64,000 nt of DNA from an uncultured Trueperaceae bacterium (GCA_963815215.1 CAWFFU010000011.1:352001-416000); one strand, 5' to 3'. Numbered from the stretch's first letter, positions 10,344-23,380 are shown. A program made the numbers and translations. Notes: generated from the letters alone by a model not told the origin.

Positions 10344-10994
10344 TCAGAGCGAGGCGAGCACCTCCACCTTCAAGCCGTCCAGCGCCACCGGCTCCACCCT
10401 CTCCCCCGGGTACCACAAAGTGCGCGATCGGAACCTCCCCGCGGCGGGCGCCCGGTAGACCTCGAGCCAGACGTTCTCCAGGTCGAGCAGCCACACCTCA
10501 CCCACGCCGCCGCGGGCGTAGCGCGGCAAACGCGCGTCCATCGAACGGGCGCCACGCAGGACCTCGACCGCCAGCAGCGCCTCACCGCCGGCACGCGACG
10601 CCTCGCGTCCGAAGCGAGGTGAGGCATCGAGCAACGCCAGATCGGGACGCAGCAGGTCGCGCGGGCCGAGCCGCAGCGGCGGCAGGAAGGCCAGCTCGGC
10701 ACGTCCCAGCAGCACGGGCTCGAGCCGCGAGGCCAGCCCGACGACCGCGGCCACCTCGACCGACCGGGGCAGCGGCGGCACCTCGACCCTGCCGTCGATC
10801 AGCTCCGCCCGCGGTCCCGCGGGCAACGCCCCGGCCCGTTGCCGGGCCAGGAACTCGGCTACGCTGGTGCGCCCGCCGCCCGCTCCGCGGATGCGTGCGC
10901 CGTCCGGCGCGTGCGCGGGACCGTCCCGGAACGGGACCGGATCCTCCTGCAGAACCAGCCGCGGCACCGTCCCGCAGCTCGTCCACCATCCCAT
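10344..10994 (-). CDS. Uma2 family putative endonuclease (start uncertain)
   Basis: AELIDGRV, RPDLAL, LLAVEV, YARGGVGEVWLLDL, LEVYRAP. Confidence 0.85.
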   Translation of the reverse strand: MGWWTSCGTVPRLVLQEDPVPFRDGPAHAPDGARIRGAGGGRTSVAEFLARQRAGALPAGPRAELIDGRVEVPPLPRSVEVAAVVGLASRLEPVLLGRAELAFLPPLRLGPRDLLRPDLALLDASPRFGREASRAGGEALLAVEVLRGARSMDARLPRYARGGVGEVWLLDLENVWLEVYRAPAAGRFRSRTLWYPGERVEPVALDGLKVEVLASL

Positions 10995-10997
10995 CGA

Positions 10998-11083
10998 CTG
11001 TCACATCGCCTGTCGCATCGCCCGCCGCGTCCCGCGCCGCGTCCCGGGCCCCGTCCCGCGGTCCCTCCCCCGGCCCCTCCTCC
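10998..11083. repeat. Degenerate 12-bp tandem repeat
   Basis: ctgtcacatcgc ctgtcgcatcgc ccgccgcgtccc gcgccgcgtccc gggccccgtccc…; on the minus strand reads GEGP RDGA RDAA RDAA GDAT GDVT. Confidence 0.6.
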
Positions 11084-11271
11084 GTTCGCCATCCGTGTCC
11101 GTCCCGCCGGCGGCTCCGTGTCATGCCAGGAGCATGCGCACCGCCGGAACTTGTTGCACGGGGTGCCGGGGCCGCGACCCAGCCGTTCTCGGCCGCGGTT
11201 GCTCCCGAGCCGGCAGCTCGCAGCGCCCGTGATACACTCCCGAGCGGGCGTCCGGAGGCCCTTGAATACCC

Positions 11272-14352
<3,081 letters not shown>

Positions 14353-14397
14353 GCGTCGCCGCTCCCGGGCGCACGCTCGGACAGGTCGATTCGAGGC

Positions 14398-16146
14398 CTA
14401 GAGCTCCGGCTCGTCCTGTGCTTCCCCGTCAGCCGGTGCGGGCCCATCGGCGGCGGCATCGGGGCTCTCCCCGTCGGCCTGCATCCACTCGGGCTCACCC
14501 AGGCCGGTGAGCCGTTCGCGACTGCGATTGGGCAACCGCCCGCGTAGTGACGAGGCGTAGTCCGCGAGGTTGGCGAGACCGTCGCCGACCGGCAGGCGCA
14601 AGCAGAACTCACCTTGCCCGACGCGCCCCACCAGGTGGAAGGGAGCTTCGGTGAGGCGCTCCAGCACCTTGAGCACCACGTCGCGACTGAGCGTCCCGCC
14701 GCCCGCCAGGTCCTCCAACAGGAACACCGTCGGGGCCCGCAGGCCCGCCAGGTGGGTGAGCACCTCCGAGAAGGCGCCGCGTTCCGCCACCAGCGTCGCC
14801 ACGCCCTTCTCGAAGCGTTCCAGGCCGTGTCCGAAGAGCCCCTCGCGCTCGAAGTGCAGCTCCAGATCGATGGGACCGACGGGGACGCTCTGGCTCAGGG
14901 TCCGTACCCGGTGGAGCCCCTCCCACGACCACAGAGTCGCGCGGGCGAGCTCGGCCGGCGCCTGCAACCGCTGCAGGTCACGCCGGTCACCGAAGACGGC
15001 CAGGTAGCGTGCGCCGGACTCGCGCCGCCGCGCCAGCAGGGCGGCCCAGTCGAGCCGCTGCCCGTAGCCCAGCGCGAACACCAGCGCCGTGTAGCCGCGT
15101 CGCCCGAGCTCGGCGTGCACCATGAGCTGGCCCTGGCCGAGCGCCTCCACGCGGAAGCCGAACGCCTGCAGCAGCTCGCGGGCCTGACCCACGGTCTGCA
15201 GGTCGATCTCCTCGTCGTCCTCCTCGCCGTGAGCCAGGGCGGCGTCGCCCGGGAAGACGGTCGGGGCGCGCGGCGGTGCCCGCCGCTCGCGAACCGCGGG
15301 TGAGGCGCCGCGCTCGTCGCTCGCCTCCGGATCGGGCGGTGCCGGGGTACGTTCCCGCTCCGGCGCGCTGCCGGGACCCGGATCGCTCGCCTCCGGAGCC
15401 GCGTCCGGCTCGCGCCAGGGCGTCGGCGCGCCGGTCTGCCAGGGATCCTGCCAGGTCGACTGCCACAGCGCCTCCTGGCGGGCCCCTCCGGGAGCCTGCG
15501 ATTCGGGCCGATCCTCGGCCGCCGGCGGCCCGCTCGCCGCCTCCCGGGCGACCGGTCGTGGCACGGCCACGCCCATGGGCGTGGCGGCGGGGTCCTGCGC
15601 CTTCCGTCCGGCGGCCTGGGCCCCGGTCCGTCGCGCGCGCTGCAGCGACTCTTCCTCGTCGATCCGGCGCTCGAGCGCCGCACGCGCATGCCAGCGGCCC
15701 TCGAAGAACACGAAGCGGTCGTCGGCCTCCAACAAGCTCTTCAGGTCGAAGTCCGCGGGCAGGTCGGGGTACAGCGCCCGCACCTCGACCTCGCTGGCCG
15801 CCAGCTCGGCCTCGGCCAGCTCGTCGAGCAGGGTGGCCACGGCGCCGGGACGCGCGTAGTCGGGCTTGCGGACACGCGGCAGCGGCGTGAACGCGAAGCG
15901 CCCGTCCTCGAGTGGTCGGATCAGGAGCTCGTCGTTGACGTCCAGCTCATGGGCCGCGAAGAACTCGTCCAGGCCGGCGACGGTGCGCGGACCCGTGACG
16001 ACGATCTCGAACTCGACATCGCTCCGCGTGTCGACGGCGGTAACGGCGCCGTCTTCCGGGAACAGGCCGAGCATCGTTCGCGGCAGGGTGAGCGCTCCGT
16101 GACGCAGGCAGTGACGCGTCAACGGATAGCGATACTCCTGATCCAT
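14398..16146 (-). CDS. Hypothetical protein with low-complexity linker
   Basis: Long ORF with GC3-rich codons; GAGGGG before MDQEYRYPL at 16146. Confidence 0.75.
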   Translation of the reverse strand: MDQEYRYPLTRHCLRHGALTLPRTMLGLFPEDGAVTAVDTRSDVEFEIVVTGPRTVAGLDEFFAAHELDVNDELLIRPLEDGRFAFTPLPRVRKPDYARPGAVATLLDELAEAELAASEVEVRALYPDLPADFDLKSLLEADDRFVFFEGRWHARAALERRIDEEESLQRARRTGAQAAGRKAQDPAATPMGVAVPRPVAREAASGPPAAEDRPESQAPGGARQEALWQSTWQDPWQTGAPTPWREPDAAPEASDPGPGSAPERERTPAPPDPEASDERGASPAVRERRAPPRAPTVFPGDAALAHGEEDDEEIDLQTVGQARELLQAFGFRVEALGQGQLMVHAELGRRGYTALVFALGYGQRLDWAALLARRRESGARYLAVFGDRRDLQRLQAPAELARATLWSWEGLHRVRTLSQSVPVGPIDLELHFEREGLFGHGLERFEKGVATLVAERGAFSEVLTHLAGLRAPTVFLLEDLAGGGTLSRDVVLKVLERLTEAPFHLVGRVGQGEFCLRLPVGDGLANLADYASSLRGRLPNRSRERLTGLGEPEWMQADGESPDAAADGPAPADGEAQDEPEL

Positions 16147-16275
16147 GGGTCCCCTCACGTGATCGGTCACGATACCGGCAGAGGCTGGCCTGCCCCGCGA
16201 GCGGCGGTCGCTCGCCCGTGGGACCACGTCCGGGCAGGCATTGTCATCATTTCGGCAAGTGTAACAGACACTCGG

Positions 16276-16476
16276 TCAATCGTCGTGACCCTCGCCCCGG
16301 AGCTTCTCGACGTTGCGTCGGAACACCTCCAGGCTCGGGAAACCCGTCGGCCGCATCACTCCGCCCGGCGCCCCGCGGTGCCCGCATGCCGGGCAACGGA
16401 CGTCGTCGTCCATGGTGGCGTCGGACGCGAAGACGTGCCCGCACTCGCCGCAACGCACGTGGGGGGTCATGGGCAT
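16276..16476 (-). CDS. Small zinc-ribbon protein (66 aa)
   Basis: GGAGG SD, then MPMTPHVRCGECGHVF…VRCPACGH: two CxxC pairs. Lies directly downstream of rnr. Confidence 0.75.
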   Translation of the reverse strand: MPMTPHVRCGECGHVFASDATMDDDVRCPACGHRGAPGGVMRPTGFPSLEVFRRNVEKLRGEGHDD

Positions 16477-16567
16477 CGGGATCCTCCCTGCCGAGGTGAC
16501 CCCGGCGCGACCGGCGGACGCGGCGCTCGCTCGCGTCCGCTGTGCCGCCGGCCGCGCCGGACCCTCA

Positions 16568-19369
16568 TCACTCCTTGCCGGTCCCGCCGAACACCAGCCG
16601 GCGGCGCTTGCGGCGGGGCCGCTCGCCTCCGCCCTGGTCGGCGGGTGGGCCGGCCGGCGCCTTCTCGGCCGGCGCCTTTCTTGCTGGCTCGGCGCGACCG
16701 GCGCCGGCGGACGAGCCCTTGCCGCTCTGGGCGCGAGCGTCGGCCGCTGCGGCGGTCCCCTCTTGGGCGCCGCCTCCCTTGCTCGAACGGCGGCGCCGGC
16801 TGCGCTTGGCAGCGGGCTTGGCGCCGCTCTCCTCGGCGGGGGCCGCTGCAGTCGGCACGGCGGCCGGAGCCTCTGCGGGCGTTTCGACTTGCCCTGCGCT
16901 GCTCTTGCCGGCGGCCCTCGAGCCGCCCCTGCGCGAGCGCCTGGAGGGCGCGGCCGTCTCGCCGGCACCCTTGTCCGCGACCTTGCCGGCCGCCTTGTCC
17001 GCACCGGCGGCCGCGGCCTTCGGTTCGGCCTTGGCGCCACCCTTGGCGCGGCTCTTCGACCCGGACGCCGGCCCGGACTTGGCCGCCGCTTTCGACCCGG
17101 TCTTGGCCGCCGCCTTGCCGCCTCCGCGCTGAGCGCGGCCGTTGCCGCTCGCCTTGGCACCCTCCTCGGCCGTGAATGCCGAGGGGGCCTTGAGCGTCTT
17201 GGGAGGCTTCTGTCGCACGGGCTTCTCCTCGATCTCCACCTCGGGCATCTCCATGGTCGCCGGGATGAGGTCGATCTGCCGCTGGGTGGGATTGGCCTGC
17301 AGCACCTTCACCTCGACGCGGTCGCCCATCCGATAGCGCTTGCGGGTGTGCTTGCCCATCAGCATCAGGGCGTCCTCGAGGTAGATGTAGTAATCGTCGT
17401 CGAGGTGGGAGACGTGCATCAGGCCCTCGACGCCGTTCTGCAGGCTGACGAAGACGCCGAAGTTGGTGACGCCGCTGACCACGCCGTGGAAGGTCTCGCC
17501 GATGTGATCCTTGGCCCAACGCGCGTGGTAGTAGCGGCTCAGGTCGCGTTCGGCGCTCTCGGCACGGCGCTCGCGGTCGCTCGATTGCTCCGCCAGCTTC
17601 GGGAAGTCGGTCTTCAGCCGCTCCTTCAGCGTCGGCGACAGGCGGTGCTGCAGCAGCGCGCGCATCACGCGGTGGACCACCAGGTCGGGATAGCGGCGGA
17701 TCGGGCTGGTGAAGTGGAGGTAGTTCTCGAACGCCAGCCCGAAGTGACCCAGGTTCTCGGAGCTGTAGCGCGCCTGCTTGAGGCTTCGCAGCAGCAACGT
17801 GTTGACGATCTGCGACTCCGGCTTGCCTGCCGCCTCACGCAGGATCCGCTGCAGGTCCTGCGGCCGCGCCTTCTCCAGATCCAGGGTGTACCCGAGTCGG
17901 GCGAGCGCCTTCTGCAGGGCCTGCACCTTCTCGGCGCTGGGATCCTCGTGCACCCGGAACAGCGCGGGCACGTCGCGCCTGTCGAGCTCCTCGGCCACCA
18001 GTCGATTGGCCAGCAACATCATCTCCTCGATGAGCTGCCGGGCGGTGTTGCTGCGCACGGGTGTGAGGTGCAGTGCACCCTGCTCATCGACGTCGACCTT
18101 GGCTTCGGTGAAGTCGAAGTCGAGCGCGCCCGCGCCGATGCGCTGCTTGCGGAGCTCCTGGCTCAGGTTGATGAGCACCTTGATGTCGCGCTCCAGCTTG
18201 CGCTTGCCGTGAGGGAGGCGCCCGCCGTCGCTGAACGTCTGCACCTGCTCGTACGTCAGGCGCGCATCGGACTCGATCACGGTCTCGCGGAAGCGCACGC
18301 TCTTGACCTCGCCGGCCCGGGTGATGTCGACGAACACCGACAGAGCCAGCCTCGGCTGCCCCTCGACCAGTGAACAGATGCCGTTGGAGAGCGTCTCGGG
18401 CAGCATCGGCAGGGTGCGGCCGGGGAGGTACACGCTGGTGGCGCGCTCCTGCGCCTCGTCGTCGAGGCTGGTGCCCTCCGCCACGTAGTACGAGACGTCG
18501 GCGATGTGAACGCCCACGCGCAACAGACCGTCCTTGCCGCTCCCCTCGAGGCGCTCGAGCGACAGCGCGTCGTCGAAGTCCTTGGCGTCCTCGCCGTCGA
18601 TGGTGAAGGTGGCGTTGTGGCGGTAGTCCGACCGGCCCGCCATCATCTCGCCGTCGACCGTGGGCGGGACCGCCTTGGCCTCAGCGTCGGTGTCGGGGTC
18701 GAACTCGGCCTTGAGGCCGTACTTGACGATCACGGCCTTGGTCTCCACCTCGGGGTCGTCTTCGGCCCCGAGGAACTCCTCGACCTCGCCGAAGGGCTCC
18801 TTCTCCCCGGAGGCTTCGGGCCACACCATGTGGGCCACGATCCGCGAGCCGCCCTCGAGCTTGCCCACCGACTCGGGCGTGAGCAGGATGCGCTCGCGCA
18901 GGCGCGGCGAGTCGGGACGCAGGATGGCGTAACCGCGCGCGTACTCGAGGGTGCCGACCACGTGCGCGTAGCCGCGCTCGAGGATCCGCACGACCTCGCC
19001 GCTCTGGCGATCGTCCTCACCGGACATGGTGTTGGGGCGCGCGACCACCCGGTCGCCGTCCCAGGCGCCGGCCAGCTTGTTCGCCGGGATGAAGAGATCC
19101 TTGCCCTCACCGCTGTCGGAGATGACGAAGCCGTAACCGCCCGAAGTGACCTGGAGCTTGCCGATGAAGAGGTTCATCTCCTGCGGCAGACCGAAGGTAC
19201 GCCGACGGGTGCGGATCAGGCGACCCTCGTCGGCGAGGTCGGCCAGCAGCTTGTGGAGCGCGTTGCGATCTTCGATTTGCAGGTGCTTCTGCACGTCCTG
19301 GACATGCCAGGGATGCTCCGGATTGCTCCGGAAGAAGGTGAACACCTGTTCCTTGTCGAGTTCAACCAT
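16568..19369 (-). CDS. rnr: Ribonuclease R
   Basis: N-terminal HTH, cold-shock domains, TIDGEDAKDFDDA, HFTSPIRRYPDL, S1 domain and Ala/Lys-rich tail. TACACT -10 lies 7 nt before ATG 19369. Confidence 0.97.
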   Translation of the reverse strand: MVELDKEQVFTFFRSNPEHPWHVQDVQKHLQIEDRNALHKLLADLADEGRLIRTRRRTFGLPQEMNLFIGKLQVTSGGYGFVISDSGEGKDLFIPANKLAGAWDGDRVVARPNTMSGEDDRQSGEVVRILERGYAHVVGTLEYARGYAILRPDSPRLRERILLTPESVGKLEGGSRIVAHMVWPEASGEKEPFGEVEEFLGAEDDPEVETKAVIVKYGLKAEFDPDTDAEAKAVPPTVDGEMMAGRSDYRHNATFTIDGEDAKDFDDALSLERLEGSGKDGLLRVGVHIADVSYYVAEGTSLDDEAQERATSVYLPGRTLPMLPETLSNGICSLVEGQPRLALSVFVDITRAGEVKSVRFRETVIESDARLTYEQVQTFSDGGRLPHGKRKLERDIKVLINLSQELRKQRIGAGALDFDFTEAKVDVDEQGALHLTPVRSNTARQLIEEMMLLANRLVAEELDRRDVPALFRVHEDPSAEKVQALQKALARLGYTLDLEKARPQDLQRILREAAGKPESQIVNTLLLRSLKQARYSSENLGHFGLAFENYLHFTSPIRRYPDLVVHRVMRALLQHRLSPTLKERLKTDFPKLAEQSSDRERRAESAERDLSRYYHARWAKDHIGETFHGVVSGVTNFGVFVSLQNGVEGLMHVSHLDDDYYIYLEDALMLMGKHTRKRYRMGDRVEVKVLQANPTQRQIDLIPATMEMPEVEIEEKPVRQKPPKTLKAPSAFTAEEGAKASGNGRAQRGGGKAAAKTGSKAAAKSGPASGSKSRAKGGAKAEPKAAAAGADKAAGKVADKGAGETAAPSRRSRRGGSRAAGKSSAGQVETPAEAPAAVPTAAAPAEESGAKPAAKRSRRRRSSKGGGAQEGTAAAADARAQSGKGSSAGAGRAEPARKAPAEKAPAGPPADQGGGERPRRKRRRLVFGGTGKE

Positions 19370-19525
19370 TGCAGCAAGTGTAGCCCGCGCGCGACCCACA
19401 CCCCGTCGGCAACGCGGGCCGAGCCGGAGCGGCCGGGCCACAGCGTGGGATCGGGGCCCGCCTTCTCCGCCCTCCGCTCTCGACCATCGTCACCGACGCC
19501 ACGGGAGCGCACCTCCTTTCGGGAC

Positions 19526-19543
19526 TTTCAGCTCTGACTGAAA
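19526..19543. promoter_or_regulatory. Palindromic operator upstream of the MarR/GbsR gene
   Basis: TTTCAG-ctctga-CTGAAA inside the wider imperfect palindrome CCTTTCGG…CCGAAGG; TAGTCT -10 at 19558-19563. Confidence 0.6.
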
Positions 19544-19585
19544 TTCGCCGAAGGCCGTAGTCTCGTGTCCTAGGGAGGGGTCATC

Positions 19586-20101
19586 ATCGAACGACGCGCG
19601 CCCGCCGAACGGGGGGCCCTGCTGGCACTCATCGAGGAGATCGGGCTCACCTTCGAAGCCCAGGGCCTGCCGCGCATGGCCGGTCGCATCGTCGGCGCCC
19701 TACTGGTGGCCGACCCGCCCGAGCAGTCGGCCGACCAGCTGGCCCAGACCCTCCACGCCAGCCGCAGCTCGATCAGCACCATGACGCGACTCCTGGAAGG
19801 CACCGGGCTGATCGACCGGGTCAGCAAACCGGCCGATCGCAGGCTCTACTACCGCAACCGCCCCGACGCCTGGCACCAGCGCACGCTGGACGCCGTGGAC
19901 CCGATCCGCCGCATGCGCACGCTGGCCGAGAAGGGGCTGCGCCTGATGGACGGCGCCTCCCCCGAGGTCCTGCGCGGACTGGTGGACATGTATCAGTTCT
20001 ACGCCTACTGGGAACGTAGCATGCCCCGCATGATCGCCGCCTGGGAGGACGCCAGGGACCGCGGCGACCTGCCCGAGCCGCCCGCCGGGGAGCCGCCGTG
20101 A
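19586..20101 (+). CDS. GbsR/MarR family transcriptional regulator (probable non-ATG start)
   Basis: The frame extends upstream of the track ORF as LIEEIGLTFEAQGLPRMAGRIVGALLV, the typical GbsR N-terminus. wHTH ASRSSIST. Confidence 0.85.
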   Translation: MERRAPAERGALLALIEEIGLTFEAQGLPRMAGRIVGALLVADPPEQSADQLAQTLHASRSSISTMTRLLEGTGLIDRVSKPADRRLYYRNRPDAWHQRTLDAVDPIRRMRTLAEKGLRLMDGASPEVLRGLVDMYQFYAYWERSMPRMIAAWEDARDRGDLPEPPAGEPP

Positions 20102-21369
20102 CCCCGGCCATGACCCCTGCCCCGCCGCGGCCGCGTCGCGCCCACGACCTCGCCAGCCTGACGCGACTGGCGTGGCGTAACCTGTGGCGCCAGCGCCGCC
20201 GCACGCTGCTGCTGGTCGTGGTGGTCGCCTACGCCACCCTGGCGATCGTGTTCTTCTGGGGCTTCACCGATGGCTTCCTCGACTCCGTCATGAACGCTCA
20301 GGGCCGCCTGGTGGCGGCGCCCGTGCTGATCACCAGCGAGGTCTACCACCACGATCCGGACCCGTCGAACGGGCTGTCCGGACTGGCGGCGCTGGAGGCC
20401 CTGGCCCTGGCCGACCCGCATGTCGGCGCAGTGGCGCCCCGCATCGACTTCGGCGCGTTGCTGCGCTCGCCCTACGCCACCGAAGGCGTGATGGCCCGCG
20501 GCGTCGACCCCGCTCGCGAGGGCCGCGTGTCCGACCTACCCGCGCGGGTGAGCCAGGGCCGCATGCTGCAGGGGCCGGGCGAGATCGTTCTGGGCAAGGG
20601 GCTGGCCGAACGGCTCGACGTGCGCCTGGGAGAACGCCTGGCGGTGGACGCTTCGGCCCTGGCCGGACCGCAGGCGCTCGGACTCCGGCTGGTAGGGCTC
20701 ATCGACGCCGGAACGCCGGTCATCGACGACTCCACGGCCCTGATCGACCTGGCCGATGCCCGCACCCTGACGGGGGTCGCCGGCGCCACCGGGCTGGCCC
20801 TCGACGTTCCCCTGGGGCAGGAGACGGCCGCGGCGCAAGCGATCAGCGCGCGCCTCCCAGACGGAATCCACGCCTACGCCGTGGGCGATCTTCTCGGCGC
20901 GCTGCAACGTGGCCTCGCGGCCGAACGCATCCAGATGATCCCGATGGGCCTGCTGTTCTCCCTGTTCGCCGCCGTCGCCGTCACCACCACGGTCGTGGTG
21001 AGCGTGCTGGAACGCATCCGGGAGTTCGGCGTGATCGTCTCCCTGGGGCTCGACCAGGCCAGCCTGGCCTGGCTGGTGACCTTCGAGTCCGTGTTCGCGA
21101 CCGCCCTGGGCTGGCTGGTCGGCCTCGCCGCCGGCTACGGGCTGCTGTGGGTCTTCAGCACCACCAACGCCCTGGGAGCGCTGATGATCCACACCTACGG
21201 CGACATCGTTCAGGGCCTCGCCCTGACCGACCAGATCTACGCTTCGGTGCGCCTCGAGTACGCCCTGTTCGCCTCCGTCACCATCGCCTTCGCAGCCCTG
21301 TTCTCGGCGCTGGCGCCGGCGCGCCGCGTCCGCCGGCTCAACCCCGCCGAAGCCATGCGCGCGCAGTGA
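20098..21369 (+). CDS. ABC transporter permease (LolC/E, FtsX-like)
   Basis: LAWRNLWRQRRRT, ERIREFGV, LNPAEAMR. Confidence 0.92.
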   Translation: MTPAMTPAPPRPRRAHDLASLTRLAWRNLWRQRRRTLLLVVVVAYATLAIVFFWGFTDGFLDSVMNAQGRLVAAPVLITSEVYHHDPDPSNGLSGLAALEALALADPHVGAVAPRIDFGALLRSPYATEGVMARGVDPAREGRVSDLPARVSQGRMLQGPGEIVLGKGLAERLDVRLGERLAVDASALAGPQALGLRLVGLIDAGTPVIDDSTALIDLADARTLTGVAGATGLALDVPLGQETAAAQAISARLPDGIHAYAVGDLLGALQRGLAAERIQMIPMGLLFSLFAAVAVTTTVVVSVLERIREFGVIVSLGLDQASLAWLVTFESVFATALGWLVGLAAGYGLLWVFSTTNALGALMIHTYGDIVQGLALTDQIYASVRLEYALFASVTIAFAALFSALAPARRVRRLNPAEAMRAQ

Positions 21370-21382
21370 AAGGACACGGTCC

Positions 21383-22129
21383 ATGACACGCTTCGTTGCT
21401 CGAACGTTGGTCGCTGCCGTGCTGCTGGGGGTCACCGGCATCGCTGCCGCCCAGGACTCGGCGCAGGCCGTTCTGGATAGGGTCGTGGAGAACCTGCGCG
21501 GCGTCAGCCAGTGGGCGACGCTGCAACTCACCGTCGAGCGCCCGCAGAGCACCACCGAGTACGTCATGGAGATCGTCACCGACGGCGACAAGCGCTCGCT
21601 GGCCCGCGTCACGGCGCCGCCGCGGGACGCCGGCCAGGCGTTCCTGTCGGTCGACACCAACCTGCTCATCTACAATCCCCGGCTCGGCCGGAGCCTCCGC
21701 CTGCCCCCATCGGGCCGCAGCAACGCCTTCCTGGGGTCCGATCTCTCCTACGACGATCTGGCCGGCGAGGAGTACCGCGACCAGTACGACGCCGCCATCG
21801 CCGACCGGAGCGCCACTGCCATCACCCTCGACCTCACCCCGCACCCGGAGGCGCCCACCCCCTACGGCAAGCTGGAGTTCCGCGTCCAGCCCGGCACCTA
21901 CGCTCCGCTCTCGCTCACCTTCTTCGATCAGCGGGGCAACGCGGTCAGGCGTATGAGCTTCGCGGAGTTCAAGCAGGTGGACGGCAGGACCGTTCCCGAA
22001 CGCTTCGAGGTCGTCGACCTGTTGAAGGACGGCTACCGGACGGTCGCGTCCTGGACCCAGGTCGATTACCGCACGCCGGTCCCGGACCGTTGCTTCACCG
22101 AGGCCGCGCTCGAGCGGGGGTGCCGCTAG
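21383..22129 (+). CDS. Outer-membrane lipoprotein-sorting (LolA-like) protein
   Basis: Signal peptide, APPRDAGQAFL, FLGSDLSYDDL. Confidence 0.85.
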   Translation: MTRFVARTLVAAVLLGVTGIAAAQDSAQAVLDRVVENLRGVSQWATLQLTVERPQSTTEYVMEIVTDGDKRSLARVTAPPRDAGQAFLSVDTNLLIYNPRLGRSLRLPPSGRSNAFLGSDLSYDDLAGEEYRDQYDAAIADRSATAITLDLTPHPEAPTPYGKLEFRVQPGTYAPLSLTFFDQRGNAVRRMSFAEFKQVDGRTVPERFEVVDLLKDGYRTVASWTQVDYRTPVPDRCFTEAALERGCR

Positions 22130-23355
22130 CCGTGCTCTCTCTCGCCTGGCGCAACCTGTGGCGGCAACGCCGGCGCAGCCTGACGAGTCTGGGTGCGGTG
22201 GCGTTGGTAGTGTGCCTGTCGATGCTCTACTACAGCATCGGGGGCGCGGCCGTGAACAGCATGTACCGCAACCTGACCGAGGCCGGCGGCCAGATCCAGA
22301 TCCACGTGCCCGGCTATCGCGACCTGCGCGACTTCTCGGCGGGCCTCATCCGCAACGCCGCACAGGTCGAGGCCGCGGCCCGTGCCGACGGGGGCTCGGG
22401 CGTGGTGGTCGGCGCGCTGGACGTCCCCGGCCTGCTCATCCATGGCGACCGCTCGCGCGCCGTGGCGCTGTCGGGACGACAGTGGCCCGACGCCTTGCGG
22501 GAGAGCTACCTGCGACAGAACCCCTTGGAGGGGCGCTTCGTTCGCGCCGGGGACGAGACCGGGATCGTGCTCGGCCGCGGCCTGGCCACCGCGCTCGATG
22601 TCGGTATCGGCGACCAGGTCATGATGTACGCCCCCGGCACCGAGGGGTACGGAGCGGGCTCGTACACGGTGACCGGGCTGGTCGACGTGCTGGATCCCAG
22701 CTACGCGTCGCGCACCGCGCTGATCTCGCTGGCGGCGGCCCAGACGCTGGCCGCCCCGGATGCCGTGTCGCGCGTCGAGGTGCACTTCCCCTCCATCCGC
22801 CGGGTACAGGACGACAGCGCCAGCCTCGAGGCGGCGCGGCGCTTGCAGCGCGCCGTGCCTGAGCTGTCGGTGGAGACCTGGCGCGAGCTGTCGCCGATGC
22901 TGGTGCGCATCCTCGACTCCCTGCGGCCGGTGATGGCGGTGGTGTCGGTCATCTTCTTCATCCTGGCGGGCCTGCTGGTGGTCAACAGCATCTACCTCGG
23001 GATGATCGAGCGCATCCACGAGTTCGGCGTGCTGATGTCGCTGGGTGCCAGCGGGCGACGGGTGCTGGGCCTCATCACGCTCGAGAGCGTGCTGCTGTGT
23101 TCCGCCGGCGCGCTCGTGGGCACCGCCGTCGGGCTCCCGCTGGTGGCCCTGATGGCGCGCGGTTTCACCGTACCCGGGCTCGAGCAGTACTACGCCAGCT
23201 TCGGCATGGACCCGGTCTTCTACGCCAGCATCCACCCCAGCGAGGTGGCCTTCGCGATCGCCTTCGCGTTGGGCACCGGTGTCCTGGCGGCGCTGTGGCC
23301 CGCCTCCCTGGCTTCGCGCCTCGAGCCCGTCGAGGCCATGCGCTTCACGGCGTGA
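22120..23355 (+). CDS. ABC transporter permease (LolC/E, FtsX-like)
   Basis: LAWRNLWRQRRRS, ERIHEFGVLMSLG, LEPVEAMR. Start is GTG at 22120 or 22132. Confidence 0.92.
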   Translation: MPLAVLSLAWRNLWRQRRRSLTSLGAVALVVCLSMLYYSIGGAAVNSMYRNLTEAGGQIQIHVPGYRDLRDFSAGLIRNAAQVEAAARADGGSGVVVGALDVPGLLIHGDRSRAVALSGRQWPDALRESYLRQNPLEGRFVRAGDETGIVLGRGLATALDVGIGDQVMMYAPGTEGYGAGSYTVTGLVDVLDPSYASRTALISLAAAQTLAAPDAVSRVEVHFPSIRRVQDDSASLEAARRLQRAVPELSVETWRELSPMLVRILDSLRPVMAVVSVIFFILAGLLVVNSIYLGMIERIHEFGVLMSLGASGRRVLGLITLESVLLCSAGALVGTAVGLPLVALMARGFTVPGLEQYYASFGMDPVFYASIHPSEVAFAIAFALGTGVLAALWPASLASRLEPVEAMRFTA

Positions 23356-23380
23356 GCGCACCGCACCCCGGAGGGACGGC

